A DNA stretch of 62,337 nucleotides, filler included, from Nitrospirae bacterium CG2_30_53_67 (lineage in GTDB: Bacteria; CG2-30-53-67): the NCBI GenBank assembly GCA_001873285.1. It is 5 parts of 5 records of this genome, joined end to end, with 100 filler letters (N's around TTAATTAATTAA, not from the genome) between each part and the next. Parts side by side here need not be neighbours in the genome. Positions count along the whole stretch, not along the records: positions 4,646 to 10,255 come from MNYV01000140.1; positions 10,356 to 30,260 come from MNYV01000161.1; 3 more parts are not named here. One strand, 5' to 3'. The first letter of the stretch is position 1. Every line of letters begins with the position of its first letter. The position numbers were made by a program, and so were the translations under genes. The notes under the pieces were generated by a model. That model ran no database searches and had not been told where the DNA came from. It was given only the letters and a program-made list of their open reading frames with translations. This document shows positions 8,875 through 17,939 of this stretch, piece by piece.

Positions 8875-9285
8875 GTGACAAACAAAAATAAGATTGATCA
8901 ACAGGCCTTGTACACCATCGGTGTGGCCTCCGAACTCATTGGAACCACAGATCAGACACTTAGGCTCTATGAAAAACACGGGCTCATCAAACCCGCCCGC
9001 CGCGGCAAGAATCGGTTTTTTTCCAACAATGACATCCAGTGGATGAGATGTATACGGGACATGATCCATACGGAGAAAATCAGCATCGAAGGAATCAAAA
9101 GGCTTCTGGACTATGCCCCATGCTGGGAGATCAGGCGGTGCCCGAGCCATGTCAAGGAATCCTGTTCCGCGTTCAAGGAACCGAACAGGCCGTGCTGGGA
9201 ACTCACCAAAGGGAGTTGCAGTGAAAACGGCAAGGACTGCGACCACTGCATCGTCTATATAGCCCGGACCCGTAAAAAAGCCTGA
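8875..9285 (+). CDS. MerR-family (HspR-like) regulator with Cys-rich PCWE-repeat C-terminus
   Basis: YTIGVASELIGTTDQTLRLYEKHGLIKP HTH; two PCWE motifs and CxxC; GTG start after AGGAG. Confidence 0.85.
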   Translation: MTNKNKIDQQALYTIGVASELIGTTDQTLRLYEKHGLIKPARRGKNRFFSNNDIQWMRCIRDMIHTEKISIEGIKRLLDYAPCWEIRRCPSHVKESCSAFKEPNRPCWELTKGSCSENGKDCDHCIVYIARTRKKA

Positions 9286-9302
9286 AGGGTGTCCGTTGCA
9301 TT

Positions 9303-10142
9303 CTATGGACTTCCCTCCAGATCCTTTCTCGTCAGCACATAATTCTTTATAACCTGTCCGGAGCTTCCGAACGGGCCCAAGGTTTTGCCGTTGGCCCGAA
9401 GCACAAGGCCCCCTGCATTCCCGATGTTGAGCCGGATGGATTCCACCATCTTCAAACGGACTTCTTGGCCGGGCCGGATGATCAGATCATGGTGTTCTTT
9501 CCCGTCCAGATCGCAGGAGACCCATGTCTGAGCACGGGCGGATAGAATCATTTCAATCGGAGCCGGGGAGGGAGCGGCCGGTTCCGTCTGCGGCCCCTCT
9601 GCCCTGTTCTGTGGAACGGGCGGGGCCTCCTCTTTTCCCGGTATGGGAACCTCTTTCGTCTCTTTGTTCACCTTCGACTCCGGGGATGAAACGGACTTTT
9701 CAATCCCGCCCTGCTGCAGGGATGGATGCTGAGAGGACGCCTCCCTCCACCTCCAAAGACCATACCCCGAAGCCATAACAACCGCCGCGGCCAGAAGAGC
9801 GGTCAAGATCCAAAGGATCATGGACCTTTTCTTATTCTTACTGACGGCGCCGGTCCCGGGGAGATCCATACCAGCCGCCTGCGAATTTCCGGAGGAATCC
9901 TTGGCCTTCCGGTATTCCTGATACCGCAGGATAGCCTCGTCCGCGTCCAGACCGATGTAATTGGCGTAGCTCCGTATGAACCCCTTTGTAAAAACCTCTG
10001 CCGGGAGCCTGGATTCGTTGTCTTCTTCTATGGCCTCAAGGTAGCGGTAGCTGACCTTGGTTTCATCAGAGATCTCTCTTAACGAGATCTCTCTCAGTTC
10101 CCGCTCGCTTTTCAGGTACTCGCCGAAAGAAGTCATTTCCAT
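9303..10142 (-). CDS. rodZ: Cytoskeleton protein RodZ (HTH_25 + TM + DUF4115)
   Basis: FGEYLKSERELREISLREIS...KGFIRSYA; TM; IGNAGGL. Confidence 0.85.
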   Translation of the reverse strand: MEMTSFGEYLKSERELREISLREISDETKVSYRYLEAIEEDNESRLPAEVFTKGFIRSYANYIGLDADEAILRYQEYRKAKDSSGNSQAAGMDLPGTGAVSKNKKRSMILWILTALLAAAVVMASGYGLWRWREASSQHPSLQQGGIEKSVSSPESKVNKETKEVPIPGKEEAPPVPQNRAEGPQTEPAAPSPAPIEMILSARAQTWVSCDLDGKEHHDLIIRPGQEVRLKMVESIRLNIGNAGGLVLRANGKTLGPFGSSGQVIKNYVLTRKDLEGSP

Positions 10143-10180
10143 CCTTTGTATTCCTTGATACCGGATCTGTGATTGATATT

Positions 10181-10255
10181 CGGTTCTTCTCCTCTACGAG
10201 CCATCGGCCATTTAGTGTGTAAAAAGGGGCCGAGGATTCCAGGGGTCAAGGATTC
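10181..10255 (-). repeat. Family C element end, inverted partner of 8507-8576, running into the gap
   Basis: Exact 70-bp reverse complement. Confidence 0.9.
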
Positions 10256-10355
10256 NNNNNNNNNNNNNNNNNNNNNNNNNNNNNNNNNNNNNNNNNNNNT
10301 TAATTAATTAANNNNNNNNNNNNNNNNNNNNNNNNNNNNNNNNNNNNNNNNNNNN
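10256..10355. other. Artificial contig linker
   Basis: N-run with TTAATTAATTAA. Confidence 0.98.
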
Positions 10356-11161
10356 TTTCTCCCCGTTCCTGTGATTCTCTCCGGGCAGGTATAGACGTTC
10401 ATGCGGGTTCCCCGGGCAAAGCCGATCAGGGTGATGTTCATGGCCTCGGCAATCCGGATCACCTGGTCGGTAGCCGCGGCCCGGGTGACCAGGATGGGGA
10501 CCCCGCTGCGGCCGACCTTCATGATGATCTCAGAAGAAATTCTTCCGCTCGCCAGAACCGCTTTGTCGCCAGTCGGGATCCGGTTGAGAAAGCAGAACCC
10601 CAGGACCTTGTCCACGGCGTTATGCCTTCCCAGGTCTTCGGCGAAGGCCAGAAGGGATCGGCCGTCGGTCACGGCGGCGCTGTGGGTCCCTCCGGTCTTG
10701 AGGTAGGTTGAAGAGTGATGATGCAGTTCGTGCATCCGCTCCATGATCTCAACCGGGGAAAGGTCCATGCTCCCGGAGATCCGGGGTTCGCTGATGGCAT
10801 CCATCACGTCGCATAGAATCGTCCCCCGTCCGCATCCTGAGGTTAACGTGATTTTTTTGACCCGGTCTTCGAGGTCAATTTCCATGCCGGTCAACTCCAT
10901 GGAGATCAGGTCCTCTTGTTCTTTAAGATCCATGGAGAGAATCTGTTCCGGGGATTGGATGATCCCTTCGGAGAGAAGGAACCCTGCGGCCAGTTCCTTT
11001 CTTTGCACCGGCGTGCAAAGGAGCGTTATGAATTCCTTGCCGTTGATCTCTAAGTGGAGGGGGCGTTCCAGGGTAATTCGGTCGTTCATCTCGTTCCATG
11101 AACCCTTTTCATAACGCATGATCTTGCGTTCCGTGTAAAGCGCCGACGTTTGGTCCTGCAT
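10356..11161 (-). CDS. fdhD: Formate dehydrogenase accessory sulfurtransferase FdhD (last codons in the gap)
   Basis: TLLCTP, GFLLSEG, TSGCG, TGGTHSAA, EDLGRHNAVDK, SGRISSE, LIGFAR. Confidence 0.92.
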
Positions 11162-11206
11162 GGGTCTGCCTTTTCGATAGTGTGGGAAAGAGGAGTTCCC
11201 TGTGTC

Positions 11207-12112
11207 TCACAGCCCTTGTGTCATGGGATATTTTTTCAGAAGCTCTATAAACTTTTCCGCAGGTTGGGTGTGGAAGGACTTTTTATGGTAAATGAGACTG
11301 AAATCACGTTTAAACCGAACGTCTTTAAAGGAAAGGGCCTTGAGGACCTTGAACCGGACTTCTTTCTGAACGGCCCATCCCGACAGGATGGAGACACCCA
11401 AACCGTTTTCCACCGCCGTTTTGATCGCTTCCGTGCTCCCCAGGTACATGACGATGTTGAGCTGATCCGTATAGATCCCTGCCTTTTCCAGGGTGCTTTC
11501 AACCACCTGCCGGGTTCCGGAGCCTTCTTCACGCATGATGAACGGCTGATCTTGAATCTCATGGATGGAGATGTCTCTGCGATCCGCCCATGGATGCGTG
11601 CTGCACACGATCAGGAGGAGTTCATCCGAATCCATTTTCTCCACTTCGAGGCGCTGGTCCTTGACCTCTCCTTCCACCATGCCGAGGTCGATCTTCGCCT
11701 TGAGAAGACTGTCAATGATCGTCTGGGTATTGCCTCTCTCAAAATCGATCAGGATGTCCGGATAACTCTTTTTGAAATCCACAATGATATTGGGAAGATA
11801 ATAGGTGGCCAGTGTGGTGCTCGCTCCGATCAGGAGCTTCCCTTTGACCATGCCGGTGGCTTCATTGATTTCTTTTTCGATCGCGGCATACGAGGAGAGG
11901 ATCTTCTTGGCATGTTTGTAGATGATCTCCCCGGTCTTAGTCAAAGAGACGGACTTGTTGCTCCGCATAAAGAGTTTGGTTCCCAATTGTTCCTCAAGGG
12001 AACGGATCTGCAGACTGATGGCGGGCTGCGTGAGGTACATGGCCTTGGATGCCTTGGAAAAACTTTTGGTTTCGGCTACAGAGCAGAATACCTTGAGCTT
12101 ATGATCGTCCAT
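11207..12112 (-). CDS. LysR-family regulator (CysL-like)
   Basis: SFSKASKAMYLTQPAISLQIRSLE; REEGSGTR; LGSTEAIK. Confidence 0.92.
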   Translation of the reverse strand: MDDHKLKVFCSVAETKSFSKASKAMYLTQPAISLQIRSLEEQLGTKLFMRSNKSVSLTKTGEIIYKHAKKILSSYAAIEKEINEATGMVKGKLLIGASTTLATYYLPNIIVDFKKSYPDILIDFERGNTQTIIDSLLKAKIDLGMVEGEVKDQRLEVEKMDSDELLLIVCSTHPWADRRDISIHEIQDQPFIMREEGSGTRQVVESTLEKAGIYTDQLNIVMYLGSTEAIKTAVENGLGVSILSGWAVQKEVRFKVLKALSFKDVRFKRDFSLIYHKKSFHTQPAEKFIELLKKYPMTQGL

Positions 12113-12323
12113 AAACCGCCCTTATTAATTTTCCTTAAACGGCCATAAGGATTTTTTATAAAATATCACAAGTCATACCCGTGGTCAACCCTTACCGCAA
12201 ACAGTATATCCAAAATTGAAAATAATGTGATTTCCTCAACTGATAAGAAAAGCATATTTATTTAATATCTGGTATTTATCAATATATAATAAGGTATATA
12301 TACCTTGTAAAGCAGTGAACAAA

Positions 12324-13757
12324 TCAACGATGTCCCCCCCTTTCCGTCCTTTCCTCGGCTTGGTTTAGCTTGCTGTGATACCTGCCATAGCTGAAGTAGA
12401 TGATGAGGCCGACTCCCAGCCAGATCGTAAGACGCGCCCAGTTATGCCACCCGAGCGAGAACATCAGCCCTATGTTGAAGAGAACGCCCAGCGCGGGGAC
12501 CAGCGGTATCATCGGACAGCGAAACGGCCGCCGCTGGTTCGGGTTGGTATAGCGCATGATCCAGACGGCCGCGCACACCACCACGAATGCGAACAGCGTG
12601 CCGATGTTGACCATTTCCGCCAGGGCATGGATCGGAAACAGGGCTGCCACAACGGCCACGACGGACCCCGTCAGGATCGTGGCCTTGTACGGTGTCCGAA
12701 AACGCGGATGAACGGTTCCGAAGAACTCGTACGGCAGCAGTCCGTCGCGTGCCATAGCGAAGAATACGCGCGGCTGGCTGAGCATCAGCACCAGCAGTAC
12801 GCTGGTGATCCCGGCTACGGCGCCCAAGGAGATGATGAACACTGCCGCCGTCAATCCGTAGGGCACAAACGCCGCGGCAAGCGGAGCGTCGATGTTGATT
12901 TTCGTGTACGGGACCATGCCCGTGAGCACGGCGGAGACAGCGATATACAGCAGGGTACAGATCGAGAGCGAAGCAATGATGGCGATGGGAACGTCACGCT
13001 GCGGGTTGCGCGCTTCTTCGGCGTGTGTGGAGACCGAATCGAAGCCGATGTAAGCGAAGAAGACGTATGCCGCCCCACTCGCTACACCGGTCAAGCCGAA
13101 GGGCATGAACGGGCGCCAATTCGCCGTGTTGACGTGCGGAATGCCGGCGACAATGACGAACAGCACCACGGCAAGTTTCAGAACGACTATGGCGGCATTG
13201 AATCGAGCGCTTTCCCGGATGCCGATCACAAGCACAACCGTAACCAGCAGGACGACAGCGGCAGCCGGCAGATTGAACCAGGCCCCCGGCGTGCTGAACG
13301 GGTCGCTCGCCAGAAACGGCGGTATATGCAAACCGAACAGATCGAGGAAGTGCAGGAAGTACTTGGACCAGCCGTAGGCCACGGTGCTTGACGCCATGCC
13401 GTATTCCAGAATTAAGTCCCAGCCGATGATCCATGCCATCAGTTCGCCGAGCGTGGCATACGCGTACGTGTAGGCGCTCCCTGCCACCGGAATCATGGAC
13501 GCGAACTCAGCGTAGGATAAGGCGGCGAAGGCGCAGCCGAGACCGGCGATCACGAAAGAGAGCACCAGGCCCGGACCGGCATAATCATGAGCGGCGAGGC
13601 CCGTCAGTACGAAAATCCCGGCGCCGATAATCGCCCCCACGCCGAGCGCTGTCAGCGAAACCGGGCCCAGCACCCGCCGCAGGCGGTTTTCTCCGGCCAT
13701 CTCCTCTTCGATCATCTTGACGGTTTTCACTGCAAACAGTTGTCTGCGAAGGTTCAT
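12324..13757 (-). CDS. APC-family amino acid permease (YfnA/CAT-like)
   Basis: GVGAIIGAGIFV, GSAYTYAY, FFAYIGFD, EEARNPQR, MARDGLLP. Confidence 0.92.
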   Translation of the reverse strand: MNLRRQLFAVKTVKMIEEEMAGENRLRRVLGPVSLTALGVGAIIGAGIFVLTGLAAHDYAGPGLVLSFVIAGLGCAFAALSYAEFASMIPVAGSAYTYAYATLGELMAWIIGWDLILEYGMASSTVAYGWSKYFLHFLDLFGLHIPPFLASDPFSTPGAWFNLPAAAVVLLVTVVLVIGIRESARFNAAIVVLKLAVVLFVIVAGIPHVNTANWRPFMPFGLTGVASGAAYVFFAYIGFDSVSTHAEEARNPQRDVPIAIIASLSICTLLYIAVSAVLTGMVPYTKINIDAPLAAAFVPYGLTAAVFIISLGAVAGITSVLLVLMLSQPRVFFAMARDGLLPYEFFGTVHPRFRTPYKATILTGSVVAVVAALFPIHALAEMVNIGTLFAFVVVCAAVWIMRYTNPNQRRPFRCPMIPLVPALGVLFNIGLMFSLGWHNWARLTIWLGVGLIIYFSYGRYHSKLNQAEERTERGGHR

Positions 13758-13801
13758 AGGTTCTCCAAGGTCCCGCGTATGATGGAAAGGCGGCGGAGCG
13801 G

Positions 13802-14590
13802 TCAATGGAAGAACAGGGCAATGACCAACCCGGCTGCAATCCGGTAGTACCCGAAGCCGGTGAAGTCGTGCCGCTGGACAAACGTGACGAAGGCCCGGAC
13901 CACAAGCAGTGCGGAAATGAACGCCGCCACGAAGCCCACCCCAAAAGGCAAGGCATCACTCACCGACAAGAGGTGGCGCGCCTTGAATAGGCTGTACAAG
14001 CTCGCCGCGAACATGGTGGGCAAAGAGAGATAGAACGAAAACTGCGTCGCGCTGGGCCGATTCATGCCGGCAAGCATCCCGCCGATGATCGTTGCCCCGG
14101 CACGCGACACGCCGGGGATCAGCGAGAGGACCTGCGAGACACCCACCCAGAGGGCGTGCCGCCATCCCATGGACTCGATCGTCTGAACCTCAAAACGGCG
14201 CTGCCGCCGCTCAACGATCAGAATGATGATCCCGCCGCCGACGAGGCTTGCTGCCACCACCAGGGGTCTGAACAGATGGGCCTCGATGGTCTTGTGGAAC
14301 AAGAGCCCCACTGCCGCTGCCGGCAAAAAAGCGAGAAACACTTTCGCGATCAGCGCCTGGGCCCTGGTTTCGTTCGAAGCGCTCCTGATCAGCCCGTGAA
14401 GCGGTTTGGCAAAATGACAGGCCACGGCGAGGATGGCCCCGAGTTGAATAAAGATCTCGAAGGTCTCTCGAGAGGCCTCAGGGTAATTGAGAAGGGACGA
14501 AAATACGATGAGATGCCCGGTTGAGGAAATCGGCAGAAACTCCGTGATGCCTTCCACGATCCCGAGTACGATTGCTTTGAGTACGATCAT
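13802..14590 (-). CDS. uppP: Undecaprenyl-diphosphate phosphatase
   Basis: GIVEGITEFLPISSTGHL, IQLGAILA, PGVSRAGAT. Confidence 0.95.
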   Translation of the reverse strand: MIVLKAIVLGIVEGITEFLPISSTGHLIVFSSLLNYPEASRETFEIFIQLGAILAVACHFAKPLHGLIRSASNETRAQALIAKVFLAFLPAAAVGLLFHKTIEAHLFRPLVVAASLVGGGIIILIVERRQRRFEVQTIESMGWRHALWVGVSQVLSLIPGVSRAGATIIGGMLAGMNRPSATQFSFYLSLPTMFAASLYSLFKARHLLSVSDALPFGVGFVAAFISALLVVRAFVTFVQRHDFTGFGYYRIAAGLVIALFFH

Positions 14591-14836
14591 TGCGCCAATT
14601 TCTTTCTGAACCCTGCGCCTCCAGAGCGGCATGAGCTGCTTATTTTGAGCATACGGGAGATTAGCATTATATTTTCGATATGTCAATGCAGACATCTTGG
14701 CGCATTTTCGATTCCGGCCCCGGGCGCCGTCATTTCAGCGGGAAACCAATACGGACCATTCAGCTCTTTTCTTGCAAAACCCGATTGAATTAGTGTAATA
14801 GTATAGATGAGAATGTGAAGGGAGAGAAACCTCGCC

Positions 14837-15538
14837 ATGTTAAACAGAGAAACAAGAGGCAGGGTATCCGGGCTGCTGTTGTTCGCTTTTTTTCTTTTAT
14901 TCCACTTGAGGTATCTCATCAAGAGATGGCCTATCTTCGATCCTGTGGCCAGGCTGAACAGCCTGCTGATCACATTGACCATTATCTTGTTTCTGTCCGC
15001 TTATTTGATCCGGCAAAGGGCGGTTGAGTTTCCTCATGGGTTTATGGAAACGGTATATCCGCTTCTGTGCGCTATCCTTCCGCTCGTTATTTATCATGAT
15101 GTGGAGATCTTGCGTTACATCTCTCCCGGCCGCTCGATTTACAGGCATCTCAATGGACTTTTTGGACTTTACAGCCATCATTTGCTGGGATGGAATCTCT
15201 GCTCGATGACGCTGATCATTACCGGCAATCTGATCACGCTATCAGGTATGGTCTTTCTGAAACGGTCCTTCAGTCTCATGGTCGAGGCCAGGGCGCCTGT
15301 CTATCGCGGGATATACGCTTATATCAGGCACCCCCTCTATCTCGGCGAAATGATTGCAACGGCGGGAGTCCTCATATTCAGATTCTCAAACATCAATATG
15401 GTTCTGACCCTCCTCTTTGTTTTAGGCCAGAAAATCAGAGCAGGCATCGAAGAGAAAAAACTGATTCATGCCTTTCCTGAGTACCTGGAATACAGAAAAA
15501 AGACAGGCGGGTTTTTCCCTAAGTGGTCCTGTTCGTAA
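14837..15538 (+). CDS. Isoprenylcysteine carboxyl methyltransferase/PEMT-family membrane protein
   Basis: GIYAYIRHPLYLGE, EEKKL...FPEYLEYRKKT; last codons and stop lie inside a family A terminus. Confidence 0.8.
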   Translation: MLNRETRGRVSGLLLFAFFLLFHLRYLIKRWPIFDPVARLNSLLITLTIILFLSAYLIRQRAVEFPHGFMETVYPLLCAILPLVIYHDVEILRYISPGRSIYRHLNGLFGLYSHHLLGWNLCSMTLIITGNLITLSGMVFLKRSFSLMVEARAPVYRGIYAYIRHPLYLGEMIATAGVLIFRFSNINMVLTLLFVLGQKIRAGIEEKKLIHAFPEYLEYRKKTGGFFPKWSCS

Positions 15539-15694
15539 ATAGGGTGACGTACCGGCCCATGGCCAATTTCGGCTGTAGCCGGTATATTGACGACTTGAAT
15601 CCCGTTATTGCCGTCCGCCTGATTTTTTAGCGGCTGCACTCCCGGCAGAACGGCCGCCCTGCCTGCCTGTGCTACGGCAGACAGGTCGTAGGGC
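15523..15694 (+). mobile_element. Disrupted family A copy (left end, ~105 bp foreign sequence, micro-hairpin, GGTCGTAGGGC)
   Basis: TAA-GTGGTCCTGTTCGTAAATAGGGTGACGTACCG at 15520-15554. Confidence 0.65.
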
Positions 15695-15715
15695 AGCTAT
15701 GGTCAAGGATGCAAG

Positions 15716-16753
15716 ATGAAGATAGGGTTTTTTTGTCTGGTGTTGCTGAGCATGGCCGCCGGTGCATGGGGCGAGGATCTGGATCTAAAAGACAGCTGGA
15801 CCTTTAATCTGTATTTTGAGAACGATCTCTTTGCCGAGAGCGATCAGGACTATACCAACGGCATAAAGCTATCCTGGGTGTCTCCGGATCTGCAGAGTTA
15901 TATCGCCGACCCCCGCCTGCCTGACTGGGTGCGCCGGGTCAACAAACGGCTGACGTTCTTTCATAAGAGCGCCGAAGGCTTGCAGCGCAACCTCGTGATC
16001 TCCATCGGGCAGAGTATGTATACGCCTGAAGACCTCCACCGGAGCGATCTGATCAAAGATGACCGTCCGTACGCAGGCTGGCTTTATATGGGATTCGGCT
16101 TCCACAGCAAGACTGAAGACCAGCTCGATTCCGTGGAAATGCATATCGGTGTCGTGGGGCCCGCCTCTTTTGCCCATGAGGCCCAGAACTTTGTGCATGA
16201 ACTGCGCGGCTTCGAAAAATTTCAGGGCTGGGACAATCAATTGCGCAATGAACCTGGGATTGCCGCGGTGTACGAGCACAAGGATAAATTTTTACTCAAG
16301 AATTACCGCCGAGGTTTCGGCACGGACGCCATCACCCATTTCGGCGGCAGCCTGGGTAATGTGGCGACTTATTTGAATCTTGGTATTGAGACGCGCATGG
16401 GATGGAATATCCCCGGAGACTTCGGCACCTCCGCCATCCGCCCGGGGGGTGACAACAGCGCCCCGGGTTCGCGCTGGGACCCCAGGCTTTCAGGAAAATC
16501 AGCATGGGGCCTGCATGCCTTTGTCTCGGTGGATGGCCGCGCGGCGGCGCGTGATATTTTCCTGGACGGGAATACCTACAAAGACAGCCACCGCATCGGC
16601 AAGGAACCCCTGGTCGCCGATGCGGCGGCGGGTGTAAGCCTGATCTACAAGCGTATCAAACTATCCTATGCCCAGATCTTCCGCACCAAGGAATTCCGAG
16701 GTCAGAAGGAAGGCCATTCATACGGCTCGCTCTCTTTTTCATATATATACTAA
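15716..16753 (+). CDS. Lipid A deacylase LpxR-family (DUF2219) outer-membrane protein
   Basis: ENDLF..SDQDYTNG, GQSMYTP, DRPYAGWL, GWDNQL, IFLDGN, aromatic C-terminus. Confidence 0.88.
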   Translation: MKIGFFCLVLLSMAAGAWGEDLDLKDSWTFNLYFENDLFAESDQDYTNGIKLSWVSPDLQSYIADPRLPDWVRRVNKRLTFFHKSAEGLQRNLVISIGQSMYTPEDLHRSDLIKDDRPYAGWLYMGFGFHSKTEDQLDSVEMHIGVVGPASFAHEAQNFVHELRGFEKFQGWDNQLRNEPGIAAVYEHKDKFLLKNYRRGFGTDAITHFGGSLGNVATYLNLGIETRMGWNIPGDFGTSAIRPGGDNSAPGSRWDPRLSGKSAWGLHAFVSVDGRAAARDIFLDGNTYKDSHRIGKEPLVADAAAGVSLIYKRIKLSYAQIFRTKEFRGQKEGHSYGSLSFSYIY

Positions 16754-16927
16754 GAACGGCCGTTGCCCATGATAAATTTGTTTTCCCTCTTTCATTGTTA
16801 GGGAGGGGTGGCTGCGTTTTTTGTCATCCGCAAGCAGCCAAAGACTAAGCGTACTTTTCGCGTGAGCTGTCGCATTTTCTACGCGACGCTGCGTACACCG
16901 TTGGATGTCGAAGACTGAATTCCTTCT

Positions 16928-17242
16928 ATGATCTATAAGAGTCCATTGAACAGTCTGTTGGCCGCCATTTTTTTTCTCCTTGCGATCTCGTCCCTGCCGG
17001 GCTGTGCTCGGAAAGGGGCCGAACTCTTCGAAAAAGAGGGATGTATAAACTGCCATACCTTCAAGGGAAAGGGCGGGAGCATGGGACCGGATCTCACGGC
17101 CGTCACCAACCGGAGGTCCGACCGGTGGATCAGGCGGCAGATCAAAAATCCCCTGGACAACGATTCCAATTCCAGGATGCCCCCTTTTGATGACCTTTCA
17201 GAATGTGAAATAAGATCGATGATCCGTTATCTGAAGGGCTGA
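16928..17242 (+). CDS. Monoheme cytochrome c lipoprotein
   Basis: Lipobox-like LPGC, CINCH, GPDLT, MPPF. Confidence 0.85.
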   Translation: MIYKSPLNSLLAAIFFLLAISSLPGCARKGAELFEKEGCINCHTFKGKGGSMGPDLTAVTNRRSDRWIRRQIKNPLDNDSNSRMPPFDDLSECEIRSMIRYLKG

Positions 17243-17660
17243 GGTCCATGGAGTTTCTGAGCACTGTCGTGGAACCTGGAACGGCCCTGGACTGGAGCCT
17301 GCCGATAGGAGCATTCCAGCCCGGGAGACATTCGCAAATAATTTATACTAAGACGTATTTTTTTCGCAAGCTATGGACTTTTCGGCTGAAATGCGCTAAA
17401 TTTATGCTTAATATTTTGGCTGATAGATGAGGATGACCCGAAATATCTGATGAGCGTCAGGTCGGATGGGTTATTCAGCTTAGCAAGGGCTCATCCTAAG
17501 GAATACCAAGGCGATAGAATATGTTCTGGTCTCAAAACCTCAACATCTCTTGCTCCGGTACCTTTTTCCTTCCTATTCCATTATTTTATCCCTTCAGAAA
17601 CAACAGGTTTATATCTTCACAAACCTATAGCGGGTCCCATTCAACTCTTTCTGCAGGGGG

Positions 17661-17768
17661 GTGACAATGAAGGAGAACAAATCAAAATGGCTCATCCACT
17701 ATTGACTTTTATTTTCCCCCTCGATATAGTAGTGACAATGAAGGAGAACAAATCAAAATGGCTCATCC
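17661..17768 (+). repeat. 37-bp direct repeat enclosing a sigma-70 promoter
   Basis: GTGACAATGAAGGAGAACAAATCAAAATGGCTCATCC at 17661-17697 and 17732-17768; TTGACT-N17-TATAGT between them. Confidence 0.85.
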
Positions 17769-17851
17769 GGCTCACTGTCGGAATCATCGCTTTCATCCTG
17801 ATCTACAGTATTGTCCTTATCTTTTATAAAACCTATTTTGTGGGAAGATAA
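17738..17851 (+). CDS. 37-aa single-TM small protein
   Basis: MKENKSKWLIRLTVGIIAFILIYSIVLIFYKTYFVGR. Confidence 0.5.
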   Translation: MKENKSKWLIRLTVGIIAFILIYSIVLIFYKTYFVGR

Positions 17852-17939
17852 GCCCCGTTCCCTTCACCGGGAACCATGGGCCGCCGTCTATGACTGATCT
17901 GAAGCATATCAGGGGCACTTAAAAAGCAAAGGAGATGCA

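Noticed and set aside
17425..17520. CTGATGA-containing hairpin as a hammerhead ribozyme
   Set aside because: Lacks the correctly placed GAAA and stem arrangement
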